A stretch of DNA of 63,690 nucleotides, the filler included, from Pelomyxa schiedti (taxonomy: Eukaryota > Protista > Evosea), in the NCBI GenBank assembly GCA_020536535.1. It is 11 parts of 11 records of this genome, joined end to end, with 100 filler letters (N's around TTAATTAATTAA, not from the genome) between each part and the next. Parts side by side here need not be neighbours in the genome. Positions count along the whole stretch, not along the records: positions 1 to 20,148 come from JAHLWZ010000588.1; positions 20,249 to 23,605 come from JAHLWZ010001754.1; positions 23,706 to 25,423 come from JAHLWZ010002311.1; 8 more parts are not named here. One strand, given 5' to 3'. Position numbers and translations under genes: made by a program. Each line of letters starts with the position of its first letter. Position 1 is the first letter of the stretch. The notes under the pieces were generated by a model, which saw nothing but the letters and a program-made list of their open reading frames with translations, searched no databases and was not told where the DNA came from. Below are positions 11,774 through 23,956 of the stretch, piece by piece.

Positions 11774-12121
11774 TCAGAAAGCAGTCCTCTCTGTTCCGCA
11801 TGCCCTGCACACAGCACGTGATTCCCAGTTTTTGGTGCGACACTTTGAGCATTCCCAGTGTGGAGACGACGACGATGATGGCGCCGCGCCGTCGCCGCTG
11901 TCGCCGTCTCCCCCGCCGTCACTGCTACTAGTAGTGAGTGTTAATGCGAGTACGCCACACGACCGGCACTGTGTCCTGTTGGTCCAGTTTTTAGTCTGGC
12001 AGGCTGCGCAAACCCAGTGGGATGGTTGGGGTTGGTTGGCCCCACACTCGCGGCATGTGTACCTCGTTGTCCAGTTTTTGGTGTGGCAATCCGTGCACGT
12101 CCAGTGCTCCCTCCCTGACAT
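11774..12121 (-). CDS. Small protein with three RanBP2-type zinc fingers
   Basis: WTCTDCHTKNWTTRYTCREC, WVCAACQTKNWTNRTQCRSC and WECSKCRTKNWESRAVCRAC fit W-x-C-x2-C-x3-N-x6-C-x2-C. Confidence 0.9.
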   Translation of the reverse strand: MSGREHWTCTDCHTKNWTTRYTCRECGANQPQPSHWVCAACQTKNWTNRTQCRSCGVLALTLTTSSSDGGGDGDSGDGAAPSSSSSPHWECSKCRTKNWESRAVCRACGTERTAF

Positions 12122-12179
12122 TTGTTCGTTCCTTCCTGGGGGTTTTCGGCGAAATGATTGGTGGGGTGATAAACTTTGG

Positions 12180-12261
12180 TTCAATGAAACAGGTTGTTGT
12201 GAAACAACCAAACGTGAAATCGCCGCGGTTGTCACTCAGATCCGGCAAGCCCTGCGTCTGC
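12180..12261 (-). repeat. 82-bp dispersed repeat shared with 53110-53191
   Basis: The reverse complement matches 53110-53191 with 2 mismatches. Confidence 0.9.
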
Positions 12262-12331
12262 ACGCCGTACGGTAATACAGGACGATGGGTAGTTCAGAAT
12301 AGACAGGCACACGGTCGGGAGAAACTTGTTT

Positions 12332-15300
12332 TTATTCATCGTCATCATCGGACTCGTCATCCTCGAGCTGCTCCTGCTCATCATCTTCTTCCTTATCATC
12401 ATCCCATTCCTCGGCATCAGATAGGTCGTCGTTTGGGGATATGTGGTGAATGAGCTCACACCCGCACGTGGCGCACACACACGAGTCACTGGTGCCTGTC
12501 ATAGTCCCATGATTAAGATTCTGCTGCGGTGGCTTCTTGAAGAAAGGGCACCACTTGCATCCCTCACATGCGTACAGAACAACCCCCTTGCCTGTTGTGG
12601 ATGTTGTTGATGATGAGGCAGTTGCTGTTGACTTGGTGCTGGTAGTTGCGGTGGTCGTAGTACTTGTGGGATGTGATGTTGTTATTGACGTGTGTTGGAT
12701 GGCCGCTGAGGAGATTGATGTTGTTGGGGGAGTTATAGATGCTGCCGGCGTGGAAGTGGAAGTGGGTTTTGATGTTAGTGGCTGTGTAGGAGGCTGTGTG
12801 ATTATGGGCGGAAGAGCGACAGGTGAGGTTGTGCTGGGAGATGCCGGGGCTGTGACGGGAGAAGATTGTGGGTTGACTGATGGAAGACCGGTAGATGGCA
12901 GAATGTTGCCTGTTGTTTTTGTGTTGGTTTGTTGTTGTGGGGCTGTTGTAAGTGGTTGTTGAGTGTTGTGCGGAATTGTCAGATTGCTGTCAATTGGTTT
13001 TTCTGAAGAAATTGGGGCTTTTTGCTGCGGTTCCGGTGGTTGCGGGGTTGATTCAGTTGAGGTTGTGGCTTGGGTTACATTGGATGTGGGTTCTTCGGGT
13101 GATTTCTCAGTTGTGGGTTGTGGCGATAGAGATAATTTGGCTACTGCCGCGGTGAGTGATGATACCTCCCCAGCGGGAGGCGGTGCCTTACTGTCACTTG
13201 ATTCTGCGGTACTTGGGCTTGTCTTTGTGGGTGTTGAAGAGGTTGTGCATTGACTAGTGTTGGAGGTCTGGTTAAGTGTAGTTTTCACTCCATCAGAAGG
13301 AGCAACCACTGTGGTTTTAGAAGTGGGTGCATTTGTATCGGCCGTGGTAGGCTCAACAAGGAGTGAGGCTCCGTCATCATCGTACTCATTAACGATGTCT
13401 GAATAGTAGTTTGTGCACTTTTGGGCCTCCGACATCAATGCTTGCCAGTCCCCAGCTTTGATAACACATTATTAAATGTAATTGAAAGTTAAATAAGGAT
13501 GCAAACCATTTGGTTTTGGAGGGTCTGGCGATGGTGACTTGGCAACACCCACAATTTCAATTTCTTCCGACTCGTCACCATCGTCCTCCTCGTCAAACAT
13601 CGAAAACGTCGCTTGATTCTCAACTTTTTTTCGTCGTTCTTGGAAGGGAATGTGGATAGAATAGGAAATTAGATTAGACAGCCACTAGGAACTGCGTGTT
13701 GTGGTTGAGGAGGATGTTGTTGGTGTTGGTGTGGCTGGTGTACTAGTAGTAGTTGTGGGTAGTTGTGGCGCTGTCAGACTTTTGGGAGTGATACCAATGG
13801 CTGATGAATCTCCGACGAAATCGTCATTGGAGACTCTCCAGAGGCAACTGGGTGACAAGGGGTTGGGGATCAGACCCATAACTACCTGGTTGCCGCTATC
13901 TCCGGGATAAACTTGCATACACTTGACAGAGCGATACAGCTTGGCTCGTAACGTTCCATCCTGAATTGTGGGAAGTGAGTTGGGTTCAGAGTAGGGTTGT
14001 TTGTTTTTGTTCTTTTTTTTGGTTTTGTTGATAAGTTTGGTTGATAGTGTCATACCAGAAGTAATTTCCACTGTTGGTTGGGACCGGCGTGTCTTGTCCA
14101 TAGAATTACATCTTGCACGCCGTCATGAGGATTGCGGTCCATGTCCAAAACTAAACCACTGAGCATATTATAAACACAACCAAACTTGTCAAACTTCCAC
14201 AGTTGTGCAAGGTCTCCCTTCTTGTAAGGTGCAATGCAAAGATGTGTGCCGGGCTGTGTTTCTCCATCTTTTAGTTTGTGAGTACGAAAGAAAAAAAAAA
14301 AGGGAATTGGTGGCCAACGTTGTGGTTGTAAGGCACCGCCTTTATCGCACCAGATTATAAATGTGCGTAATTCCTCCGAAGATGCAAGGGGTGGAGGGCC
14401 ATCCCATGTGCATGACCGGCCAAAGTACTGTACAAAATTTAGCAAGATGGAGAAGGCATGGCAACCACTACATTTGTATGTACTGGAGGCTTGTTGCTCT
14501 GCTTCTCGTTCACTTTTCGTGTGTCATCCGCGAAAGGATTTGTATACTCACACATAGCAATCACGGCCTTTAGTCCATGTTTTGAAATGACTTGATTGAA
14601 ATTGTGTACAGAAATAACGGGGGGACCATCTGCACATTCTTTAGAGTGCGAGAAACACTAATGTGTACTTTACCTGCCAGAAGATGTTGCGCAGCAGCTT
14701 CACTAAGGCAATATTCCCTTTTGAAAGCCATGGCAAAGGTAATGTATGTGATAGTAATTCTGTAAATATAAATATATTGTTAAAAATACTGAGTACAGTT
14801 GAGAGGCTTACGGGTTGCCAAATTTAGTTATCCAGAACTGCTTTGCGATCTAAATGATTATTATAAGAAAATATCTACATGCATCGGGAAGGTACATGGT
14901 CTTCAATCATGAAAGAGGGATCCCCGGAAGTACCTTCGGAGAGTTGCCTTGCTTGAGCATAGAGAGTGAAGTTATCTTTCAATTTTTTGTTACATTCACT
15001 CACAGCAACAACGTGGGATGCGGGATTGAATCTCCACTATAATAGCGTAAACAGTATCAACCTCGGAAAAGAAAAAAAAACCTTATTGGACTTGGTCTTG
15101 TACTTTATGAGCACAGCTTTAGCGTTTGCTATTTCATCGTGAATTTTCTTTAGTACAACCATTGACATCTCATTTGGTATCTGCAGTGCGCCACCAGGGT
15201 TGGCCTCAAATTCTGCGCAGATACCATTCCGCGTACCCCTCAGTGAGTTCTCTATTGTGGTAATTGTAGCCACAAGCTCCCCAACTTGCTACCAAAAAAA

Positions 15301-15476
15301 GTTAAGCAGTTCCCATAAACCAATCCCGTTTAGCCAAACATTTGCATGTATGTACGTACAGAAGGGAGTTCACCCGAGGCACCGACCCACTCCTTCACGA
15401 ATGACACCACTTCCCCGACAACGTCACACACCCCATCGAGCACCTGCAACGTGTCCTGGACTACCTCCCCCGCCAT
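12332..15476 (-). CDS. Multi-exon protein: N-terminal helical bundle (MLKL/Cbl-N-like) + Cbl-EF-like segment + ricin-B lectin + S/T/P-rich linker + Cys/His finger + acidic tail
   Basis: Spliced model starts MAGEVVQDTLQVLDGVCDVV. It includes AKQFWITKFGNP...VISVHNF (Cbl EF-like), ricin QxW repeats (QLWKFDKFGCVYNMLSGLVLD; VILWTRHAGPNQQWKLL|DGTLR; CLWRVS) and C-terminal CEGCKWCPFF...CVCATCGCELIHH. Confidence 0.7.
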
Positions 15477-15852
15477 GTGATGTGCACCCACACACAACTA
15501 ATACAAGTTCTGGGGAAACGACAACCTCTCGAGTTGTCCCTTGATGCGTTTGTTTTGTGTTTTTGGTGCTCCAATCTGTAACACCGAAAAAACCATGATT
15601 GGCGCTAGACTGGCACAGCCAAACTGGTTGGGTCTGGAACGCCTCTGCAGGTGGTGCGAAGTACGATTGTGAACCACTTGCTTGCTGTTGTTGCAGTGTG
15701 GAAGCAGGTTGCTCAAGTTTGGGGTCTCAGCTCTGCTGGGATCCGCCACTCGTGGGGTGATTGCCATTTTTTCATTCCACTCTTAGTAGCCATTTCCACA
15801 ACAACAATCTTTTAATTCCTTTGTTGAAAAAAAGTGTTGATTTACAGCGTGA

Positions 15853-18774
15853 TCAGCCGGAATAGCCTAGCCACCAGTATACAGTGAGGGTGTAGGCCGA
15901 TAGGAGTACAGTGCACAGCAGAGTGAACACCATCCCACGCTTCATGAACCCCAGGAACGTGATCGGGTGTCCGGCCTCCTTTGCTATCTCGCCAACTAGG
16001 AGGTTGGGTGCCGCTGCTATAATTGTGGAGTTGGCACTGATGGCAACACCCAGGGCCAGTGTCCACGCCATTGGCCGCACTGGAAGTGCTAGCTCCGGTG
16101 AGTTGCATATGTGATATACAAGTGGTACAAACGAGGCTGTATATAAGTGTAGGTTAGGAGGATCCGGAAAAGGGATGTTGTGTGTGTGTGGAACGTGAAA
16201 TTACGCATGAATGTATTGTTTCGTTTGTTTTGCTTGTTTTTGAACCTGTGAAGGCGATGTTGTTGCACCAACCGGCAACAAGGGCACATAGCCAGAGTAC
16301 ACATAACATTGCTGTGGGCAGTTGATACTCGGTTGGGACTTCTGATAAAGAATGAGTGAAATCAGGTTAAAATGTAAATGTTACCTTGAATGAGCATTAT
16401 AACCCAAGAACCAATAAGGTTCATAAAGCCAAGTGTATTTACAAGTTCTACAAAAACGAAGAGATACCTGGGAAGGATTTTGAATCAGCCAAAATGAGAG
16501 GATATGTTGAACATACGCGAAAAAGAAAATTGTTGGCCACTCAATGTGTTCTAATACTGGCCCAATTTGTTTTGGACTAGTGAGCATCAATAGTACACCG
16601 GCACCAATGCAAGCCACCAAGGCAGTGGAAACATGTGTTACACTTTCGAGAAGGAAGAATATCACCATTGTGGAAAAAACTGCAAGGCATTTCCACAATT
16701 TGCTCCAAGACTTGATGGAATACTCAGAGTCAGCAGGAGAAGCTGTTACTGCAATAGGGAGGTCTATAATTTGTTGCTCTATATGTGGAGTTCGCGCAGG
16801 AATCTGTATGGTATGAAGCCTGAATTTATTAGTGGATAGTATGCGATTGGAGTTGCATACAGTGGTGACTGCTGGTGGTCGGCCGCGAGTTCCAGGGATG
16901 GCCTCTCCATATCCAAAGACGATCGTGGAAAATGTTGAGCACTTTCGCGGTGGTGTAGCCCTTCATCTGAGTTGGAGCTATGGCTGTCTTCCACCATGGG
17001 ATCGGACCCAGGTTCTGAATCAATTGCAGCGGAATCCCTGAGTAAATAAGTAAGTGTGCAAAAACTAAAATTCTACAACACACTCACAATGCGGTACTGC
17101 GGGAGACGGAGGGTTCTGGCGTTGCATCGGCGGTATTCAGGGATTTATCCGCCGCCTCGTGATTGTTTAATTCTCCTGTTGGTGGGACAGCAACAAGTTC
17201 GATCCTGGAATATTCATGAATATGAGAATGGGGAAGTCAATAATACATTTCTACGTTAGCGGCGTTCTGCTTAATAGAAGTACGGAACTGGAAGTAGGTG
17301 ATGACAACCGCAAAAGGGATAAGAAACAAAACAGCAGGAAGAGTATTGGCTAAAAAGTCATTGAAGCCAAGATCGAACTGGCCACCAATGATTAGGTTGG
17401 GGGGATCTCCAACCAGAGTGGTTGCTCCTGCGAGGGAACAACAGTAAATAATGGGGATCTAGAAAGTGTTAGAACAGTGAATACTTCCCCTCGAAAAAGT
17501 ACCAGAAACGGCAACGGATCAGTATTAAGTAACTTGGAAGTCTTTACAGCAATAGGGCCAAAAACCAGGATACTTGTGCAATTGTCCAACAGCATTGAAA
17601 GTGTAAACATCAGAGATAGAGACAGAAGCAGAACTGCCCACCTCCTCGTGGAGGCATGTCTCCATGTGCAGCGCCCACTAATTTTGAAGGCGTGCCAAGC
17701 CAGCCAACCAAATATGCCGGTCTCACTAAAGATGGAAACCGTGACCATCATGGAGCATAGGAGTACAATTGTTTGCCAGTCCAGCCAAGTCATCATTGTC
17801 TCGAGCGGTGGCTGCCCGTGCAATGCCCAAGCTATAGAAAACAATACAACGTCACCACAAAGAGCAACAAGGGCGCGATCAATGAAATCGAGAGCCAGAA
17901 CAGCAAATACAACTATAAAAATGCAACCGGCTATGTATGCCTAATTTTGAAATCACTACAAAACTAATGACAGGTTGGTGGTCTCCCTGGTACTGTCCAA
18001 CCCACCCTAGTGGAGAAGCGGTGATCGAGAAGCAAATAGTTGGGTTGGATTCCGGCAAAACAATTTCAAGATAAAGGCTCAATCGCTCAACTGGTAGCTC
18101 CGGTCTAGGGTAAATATGAGTGCACTCAAACTCTGAAGCAGCAACAGGGCAGGTGAAGCTGTCATCTACAACAATCCATTCCTTACAAATAAATCAGTGC
18201 AAGAGATATATACAAAAATGCACTCGAATTGCGAACCAAAAAAAACCTCTGAAAAGAGGGTAAATACCGTTTGGTTAGAGTAACTGAGCTTCTTGAGGAT
18301 GAAAGTAGCCACCAACCCATCATCGTAAATTGTAGCGGATCCCTTTGCCCTCACCTCCAGCACGCTCATGGCAGCCCCGGCACCCCCAGCCCCAACCTCC
18401 ATCCCAACCTCAGTCCTCAGTCCTCCAGAGACATCAGTACTGTGATTACTCGACGACGTGGATGTGGCGGCGCCGGGCGTGAATTCATTTGTGCACGAGG
18501 TGAAGTGGGTGACTGAGGATTGTGGGGCTGTGAGGCCTGAGATCAACCAGAGCCCGAGGAAGCTCACGACCCAGAACGCGATCGCAACGACGCGCACCCG
18601 GTCGCTGAATGTCGCTGCCGACGAAGGTGCGCTTGTTGATTCGATGTTTTCGGAAAGGGGGCTTCTAGAAGATTCTCGGCTGCTATGATTGGAGAAAGGT
18701 GGAGTGATTGGCGGATTGGCGACCGTGGTCGGGGAGTTATCGTCCCCAGTGTTTTTTACGGGGTGGGTGTGCAT
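15853..18774 (-). CDS. P-protein/OCA2-like ArsB-NhaD (IT superfamily) membrane transporter, multi-exon
   Basis: Characteristic segments: WLDWQTIVLLCSMMVTVSIFSETGIFGWLA, LSMLLDNCTSILVFGPI, LEHIEWPTIFFFA and LALGVAISANSTIIAAAPNLLVGEIAKEAGHPITFLGFMKRG. Also has an N-terminal TM plus luminal region. Confidence 0.9.
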
Positions 18775-20148
18775 GTTAGGTTTGTTTTTCTTTTTTGCGT
18801 TGTTTCTCCTTGGGGAGTTGAGGAGAAAAGTGCACTTTGATCACTGTTCTTCGAAGGTAAATATAGTTTTGATGTGGCACTTCACACGATTTCGGTGGAA
18901 AACACCCGAGTTCCACGGGGCTTTATTAGTAGTTGTTGATCTGCATCCGCCCTGAAGTGATCACACTGGCTTGCAACGATGTTCTTTTTTCACAGCAATC
19001 CGTGTACACCTTTGAGTGCATTTCCGTCAAAAACAAACAACGTTGTTTGTTTTTATCACTTTTTTTCCGTTTTGAAAACCTATCAACAGACTATTTAATG
19101 ATGGTTGAGAACAACACGGGCAGTGGCTGTGAAGACATCAACCAGACCTGTGTGTGATTTCTTGTCAGTGCATTATTTGAGTGATGGAGAAACCTTGTTG
19201 AGTTTGTGCTGAGCAAGTGTGGTAACTCCTTGCTCCAATCCGTTGTGCTACCTCCTCAGGTGTCAACTTCCATTCAGTTTTGGATGATCGAGACACCACT
19301 GTGTGGTGTTAAGCTGTGATTATGTGGTTGAGGTGGAAGAGGCACTCACTTAGATCCGATTTTGTTCCAACGAGAAGAATTGCTGCATGTGGCAGAAAAT
19401 GGCTTACTTCAGGTGCCCATTTGTTTACAACCGATTCCAGAGAAGCGGCGCAATCAAGAGAAAAGCAAATCAGGAACACCTACTCGTTGGATAGCGGAAC
19501 GGGAATCCAGTACTGCATTCAATAGAAATACCTCAGTGTTTGGGTACGAGAGCGGTCTGAGTCTCTCGAATTCCCCCTGCGCACCAGTGTCCCACACTTA
19601 AATTGCATAAAAGGTATGAACTAGTTCCTCGGATACACTGAGAAAATACCTTCAAGGGTGATGGCATGCCCATCGACTGTAACAGGGAGGTGATAGCTCT
19701 CCTTTGGTGTCATGTGAGGAGTTACTTCGAAAAAAAAAAGGAAAGCACACAGAAACGGTAGGGAGGTATGCTTCTTTGACAGGAAACGTATTGGTTGCGT
19801 AGGAAATGAGCACGCACGTCTGAAAAAGTAGATAGTGACATTAAACACTGGGAACCAAGAAAGAAAAGAGCACCTTTCCTACGCCCGTGTCACCAACAAT
19901 AACAATCTGCGTCGTAATTGTGAGTTATCATCGACAAGCTCAGTTTTTCAAATGGCACAACTGAAACCAAACACACCTTGGCAGATCGCGTTTCCTCCCC
20001 TACTCCAGCCATTGTTTCTTTATCAACAATTTTGGGACTGCCCAAGTGTGCACACTTTTTATCGGGTTTATTAGTTTTCTCAGTCCAGAGACGAGGAACT
20101 GAGACGGAAAAAAAAGGCGTTTTCTACAAGACCATCGGCCACGGGGTG

Positions 20149-20248
20149 NNNNNNNNNNNNNNNNNNNNNNNNNNNNNNNNNNNNNNNNNNNNTTAATTAA
20201 TTAANNNNNNNNNNNNNNNNNNNNNNNNNNNNNNNNNNNNNNNNNNNN
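20149..20248. other. Artificial contig linker N44-TTAATTAATTAA-N44 (also ~23606-23705, 25424-25523, 26856-26955, 34195-34294, 50946-51045, 53249-53348, 57694-57793, 60146-60245, 62378-62477)
   Basis: An identical six-frame-stop linker embedded in N runs occurs ten times. Confidence 0.99.
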
Positions 20249-20410
20249 GATTTATTACAGATTTCGTGTGCAGGGACGTTATTGTGAGCAAACCACACAA
20301 GGAGATAACATGCACATTTCCCACAGAAGTTGCAGAGATGAATGCCGGTAACATTTCAAAAATGATTCTGAGTGTTGGTGGACAGTGTGCGGAGTCATTG
20401 GTTTCGTTTC
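20249..20410 (+). pseudogene. Paralogous copy of the second TIG-domain exon of the downstream B-box gene (end of an upstream tandem copy)
   Basis: High nucleotide similarity to ~22303-22465 (DFVCRDV..SKPHKE.TCTFPTEVAEMNAGN). Confidence 0.7.
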
Positions 20411-20744
20411 TCAAAGGTTCTCCTTTCCTTAATTAAATGGTTTCCATGACATTGCAGCCAGGACCCCAGATAACAAGTGTCACAAGAATCCAAAAAGGAG
20501 GCACCAGCACGGGACACAGGAGGCAGCCGGGGTGGAGGGGAGGAGGTCGTGGTGGCTGCGGTGTGCGGGGTGTGCAAGGCAGAACACAGGGTAGTGATAC
20601 CACATGCTTGCGCGCGTGACCCATTCAATAATGTGGATGACAGGGGCGACGCCGCCAAAGGTCTGTGCGTGTGTTTTGTTGTTGAGTGTATTGTCTTATT
20701 GGCTTGGGGTTCATCTTTTGCTGGGACCAGGGAAAGACCCGGCA

Positions 20745-23306
20745 ATGGAGGAAGAGCACAAATGCGTGAGCTGTAGAGAGATTCCAAACTACAAGTGCGA
20801 GCAGTGCACCAAACTATTAGGTTCCGCAACTTACCTGTGTGAGTCATGCTGGGGAAAGGTCCACTTCCTTCCTTTGGTTTCAAACCACACCAAAACTCAA
20901 CTGTCAGCTGCAAAAACCCCTGGTCCAAGTTGTATGTCGTTTTTCTACTCACCGCGAAAGAATCACCTGTTGAAGATGTGTGCTCTACTCACAAAAAGAA
21001 ACTCAGGCTGTTCTGTCTCACTGATGACGTTTTTGTGTGCACCAGTTGTGCCTTTTCTCTAAATCACAAGGTACATATTTTACCAATAGAACAAAATTAA
21101 CTTTTTATAATAAGGGTCACAACATAATTTCTCTGGAGGAACACTGCGAAAAAAAGAAAAATGAAACTGTAGAGTTCCTCAAAAACCTGAGAAACATGGG
21201 TGCCCCTCTGACAGAGTCCCTCACCTCAATTGACTTTGTATCAAGAGCTATCCTAGAAGTGAGTCAATGAATTTGTAATTGTGTTTAATCCCTGTTTTTT
21301 TTTACCGCCACCTAACATATTACTAGGTTCATGGAAGGTTTGAAGAGTCAATTCACAAAGAATTCAGCGAAGTAATAAGTATGTTGCAAAAGCGAGAAGA
21401 GTACCTAATCCTGGAATCAAAGACAATCAGCACACAAAAGTGTACGCATAACTCCCCCACTACATCTTCCTTTGATGCTCTTTGGAAGTGGAGGGACTGG
21501 CAAAACAGAGAGTGTGTGAACCTGGCAATGAGACATATTGAATTCTACCAGAAGAAATTCCAATTGACGGTGGAAAAAGGCAACCAACACCAAATAGTTG
21601 AGCGCTCTTCCAAGATACCTGCTGTACTCAAGGTTGTTGGAATTCCAATAACTACACTCTTACGCACGTGACAGGTTGTGTCACTGAACAAAGAGGATCT
21701 TTTACCAAATACCACTGAACTAGTGACCACAAGTACATCTGACATTTTGAAAGTCAAGTCTGCCATCTCAAGCCTATGTTTCATTTCTTGCAGTAGTACC
21801 CCGTCGTCATTGATATTTACTCATCCTCTAAAAACAGATCCGGTTATCAAAAGTATTTCACGAGTTGGAACAGAAGGAGGAACGACCACCATTTCCGGTA
21901 CATGGTGTCCAACAGCAACAAACCAGGATATCACTGTAGTCATTGACCAAAGGCCATGCACAGAAATCAATTTGGCGGATCCCGGGAGCACTCTCACTTG
22001 TTCTGTCCCTTCCGGTGTTGGAACCAACCTTGGTGTCACAATGACTGTGTTGGGAGTTCCAACAGTCCATGAGCACACGCCACTCTTTTCTTACTCTGGT
22101 TGCTCCCCTCCCAGCTTTTGGTCTAGCTTAAGAAAAACATACTAGGACCCGTAATTCAGAGTGTTACACCCGTTCAACCCGGAGGTGAAAAAGCTGTCAT
22201 CACAGGGACTGGGTTTGGAGACTCGCCGGGGGCAATATCTGTGACTGTTGGGGGTTGGTTTCTCTCCAAGAGGGTTTCCAATACAAATCTCACACATCCC
22301 AGATTTCGTTTGCAGAGACGTTGTTTTGAGCAAACCACACAAGGAAGTAACATGCACATTTCCCACAGAAGTTGCAGAGATGAATGCCGGGAACACGGCA
22401 AAAATGATTGTGAGTGTTGGTGGGCAGCGCACCGAGTCATTGGTTTCGTTTCTCAAAGGTTCTCTTTCCCTTTCATTCTACGGGTCTTTAAACTCCCACA
22501 CAGAAGTTATATTGACACTCAAGGCATGGGGCGCAGGAGGCGGCGGTGGCGAGTACTGCACAGGCAACCACGGCGGCGGAGGCGGGTTCGCAACAGCCAG
22601 ATACGCAGCACTCCCAGGGGAGGTGCTCCACGTGGTGGTTGGCCGCGGCGGCGGCTGCGCCCCCGACTACCTACACAGGGGCGGGGGTGGTGCCCCAAAC
22701 GGGGGCCACGGCGGGACCAACTGCGAGGCAGGGGGTGGTGGTGGGAGCACACACATCACCGCGAGGAGGTTCGGCAACGCCGTGGTTCTGGGTGCTGGCG
22801 GCGGGGGCGGTGGCAGCGGTGGCAAGTACTGTGCTGGTGGAGGTGGGGGTGGTGGTGGGACGCTGGGTGGAGTGGTTGGGAAGGGTGGGATGGGATACGG
22901 CGCTGCTGCCGATCCGCCAGGATCCACAACGGATGGCACACCAGGGCAAAGTGGTGGTGGAAGCGGCGCCTTACGTGCTCCCACCAAAGATGGTCGACTG
23001 AGCATCAATGGACGGTGTGACAATGGGGCGGGAGGCCTTGGGGGTGGCGCTGGGGGTGGCGGCGACGGCGGGTCCGCCTCGTGCACCCACGTCATCGAGG
23101 GCACGTTTGCTGCACAGAACTCACAGAGCCAGGAGGGAGCCAACTGGGGTGACCCAGATTCCACCAAGGCAAACGGGAACAAAGCAGGGAGGGGCGGTAA
23201 CCACGGCAGGGGCAACGGCGAGGACGGCCGTGCTGTCATTGTTATCGAGGGCTCCGGCAAGCTCCTGGTGTTTGACCAAGACGGTGACTTCACCGTGACA
23301 GAGTGA
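20745..23306 (+). CDS. B-box x2 + coiled coil + IPT/TIG x2 + glycine-rich (ALK/LTK-like) domain protein
   Basis: CVSC...CEQC...LCESCWGKVH; CSTHKKKLRLFCLTDDVFVCTSC...H; helical region; TIG repeats (PVIKSISRVGTEGGTTTISG; PVIQSVTPVQPGGEKAVITGTGFG); C-terminal KAWGAGGGGG...GGGGGFATARY...LHVVVGRGG. Exons join through GT-AG introns. Confidence 0.85.
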
Positions 23307-23349
23307 CATGACCCTTTGCGTTACAGTAACTCATGTTCAACGAACCATT

Positions 23350-23605
23350 CACTGTGACTTCAAACTCGATCCAAGTTGGGTTCCACTTTACCCCCAGAGT
23401 GAGGGTCTCAAAGTGGGAAAAAACAATAACACTTTGGAGAAGGTGGAGGGTTCTTCATTTTTCACCCAGTGTGGAGGAACCATTCAGGGTTCTTTATGGG
23501 CACTTGGTGTGTACTATCGGAGGTTCCGTTTGGGACCATTGTGTGGTGCAACCTGAGCCCACTTCGGGTCTCTCAATTGGTGGCATTTTTGCACCCACTT
23601 TGCAC
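23350..23605 (+). mobile_element. Second copy of the CACTG-starting element end (truncated by contig end)
   Basis: 256-bp match to 10019-10274. Confidence 0.75.
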
Positions 23606-23956
23606 NNNNNNNNNNNNNNNNNNNNNNNNNNNNNNNNNNNNNNNNNNNNTTAATTAATTAANNNNNNNNNNNNNNNNNNNNNNNNNNNNNNNNNNNNNNN
23701 NNNNNCCTCACATGCTTTAATTAGGCTGTGGAATTTCCGGGCTGAGATGAGAGGCTGTCACCTGAAGGTACATTCCCTTTCTTTTTATGATCACCCCACT
23801 CAGCAAAAACAGGTACCACCACCACCGGGCTGAGAACAACAAAAAGCAAATGTCAAGACGTCAGACTAAATTGTCCCAATAATAATAATATACCACATGG
23901 TACTTGCTGCCTTAGTACTACCGAAGCTTTGATGACTTCCGATAATACACATCAAA

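Noticed and set aside
19000-20148. Short ORFs suggesting a gene
   Set aside because: No consistent exon chain or recognisable motif on either strand.
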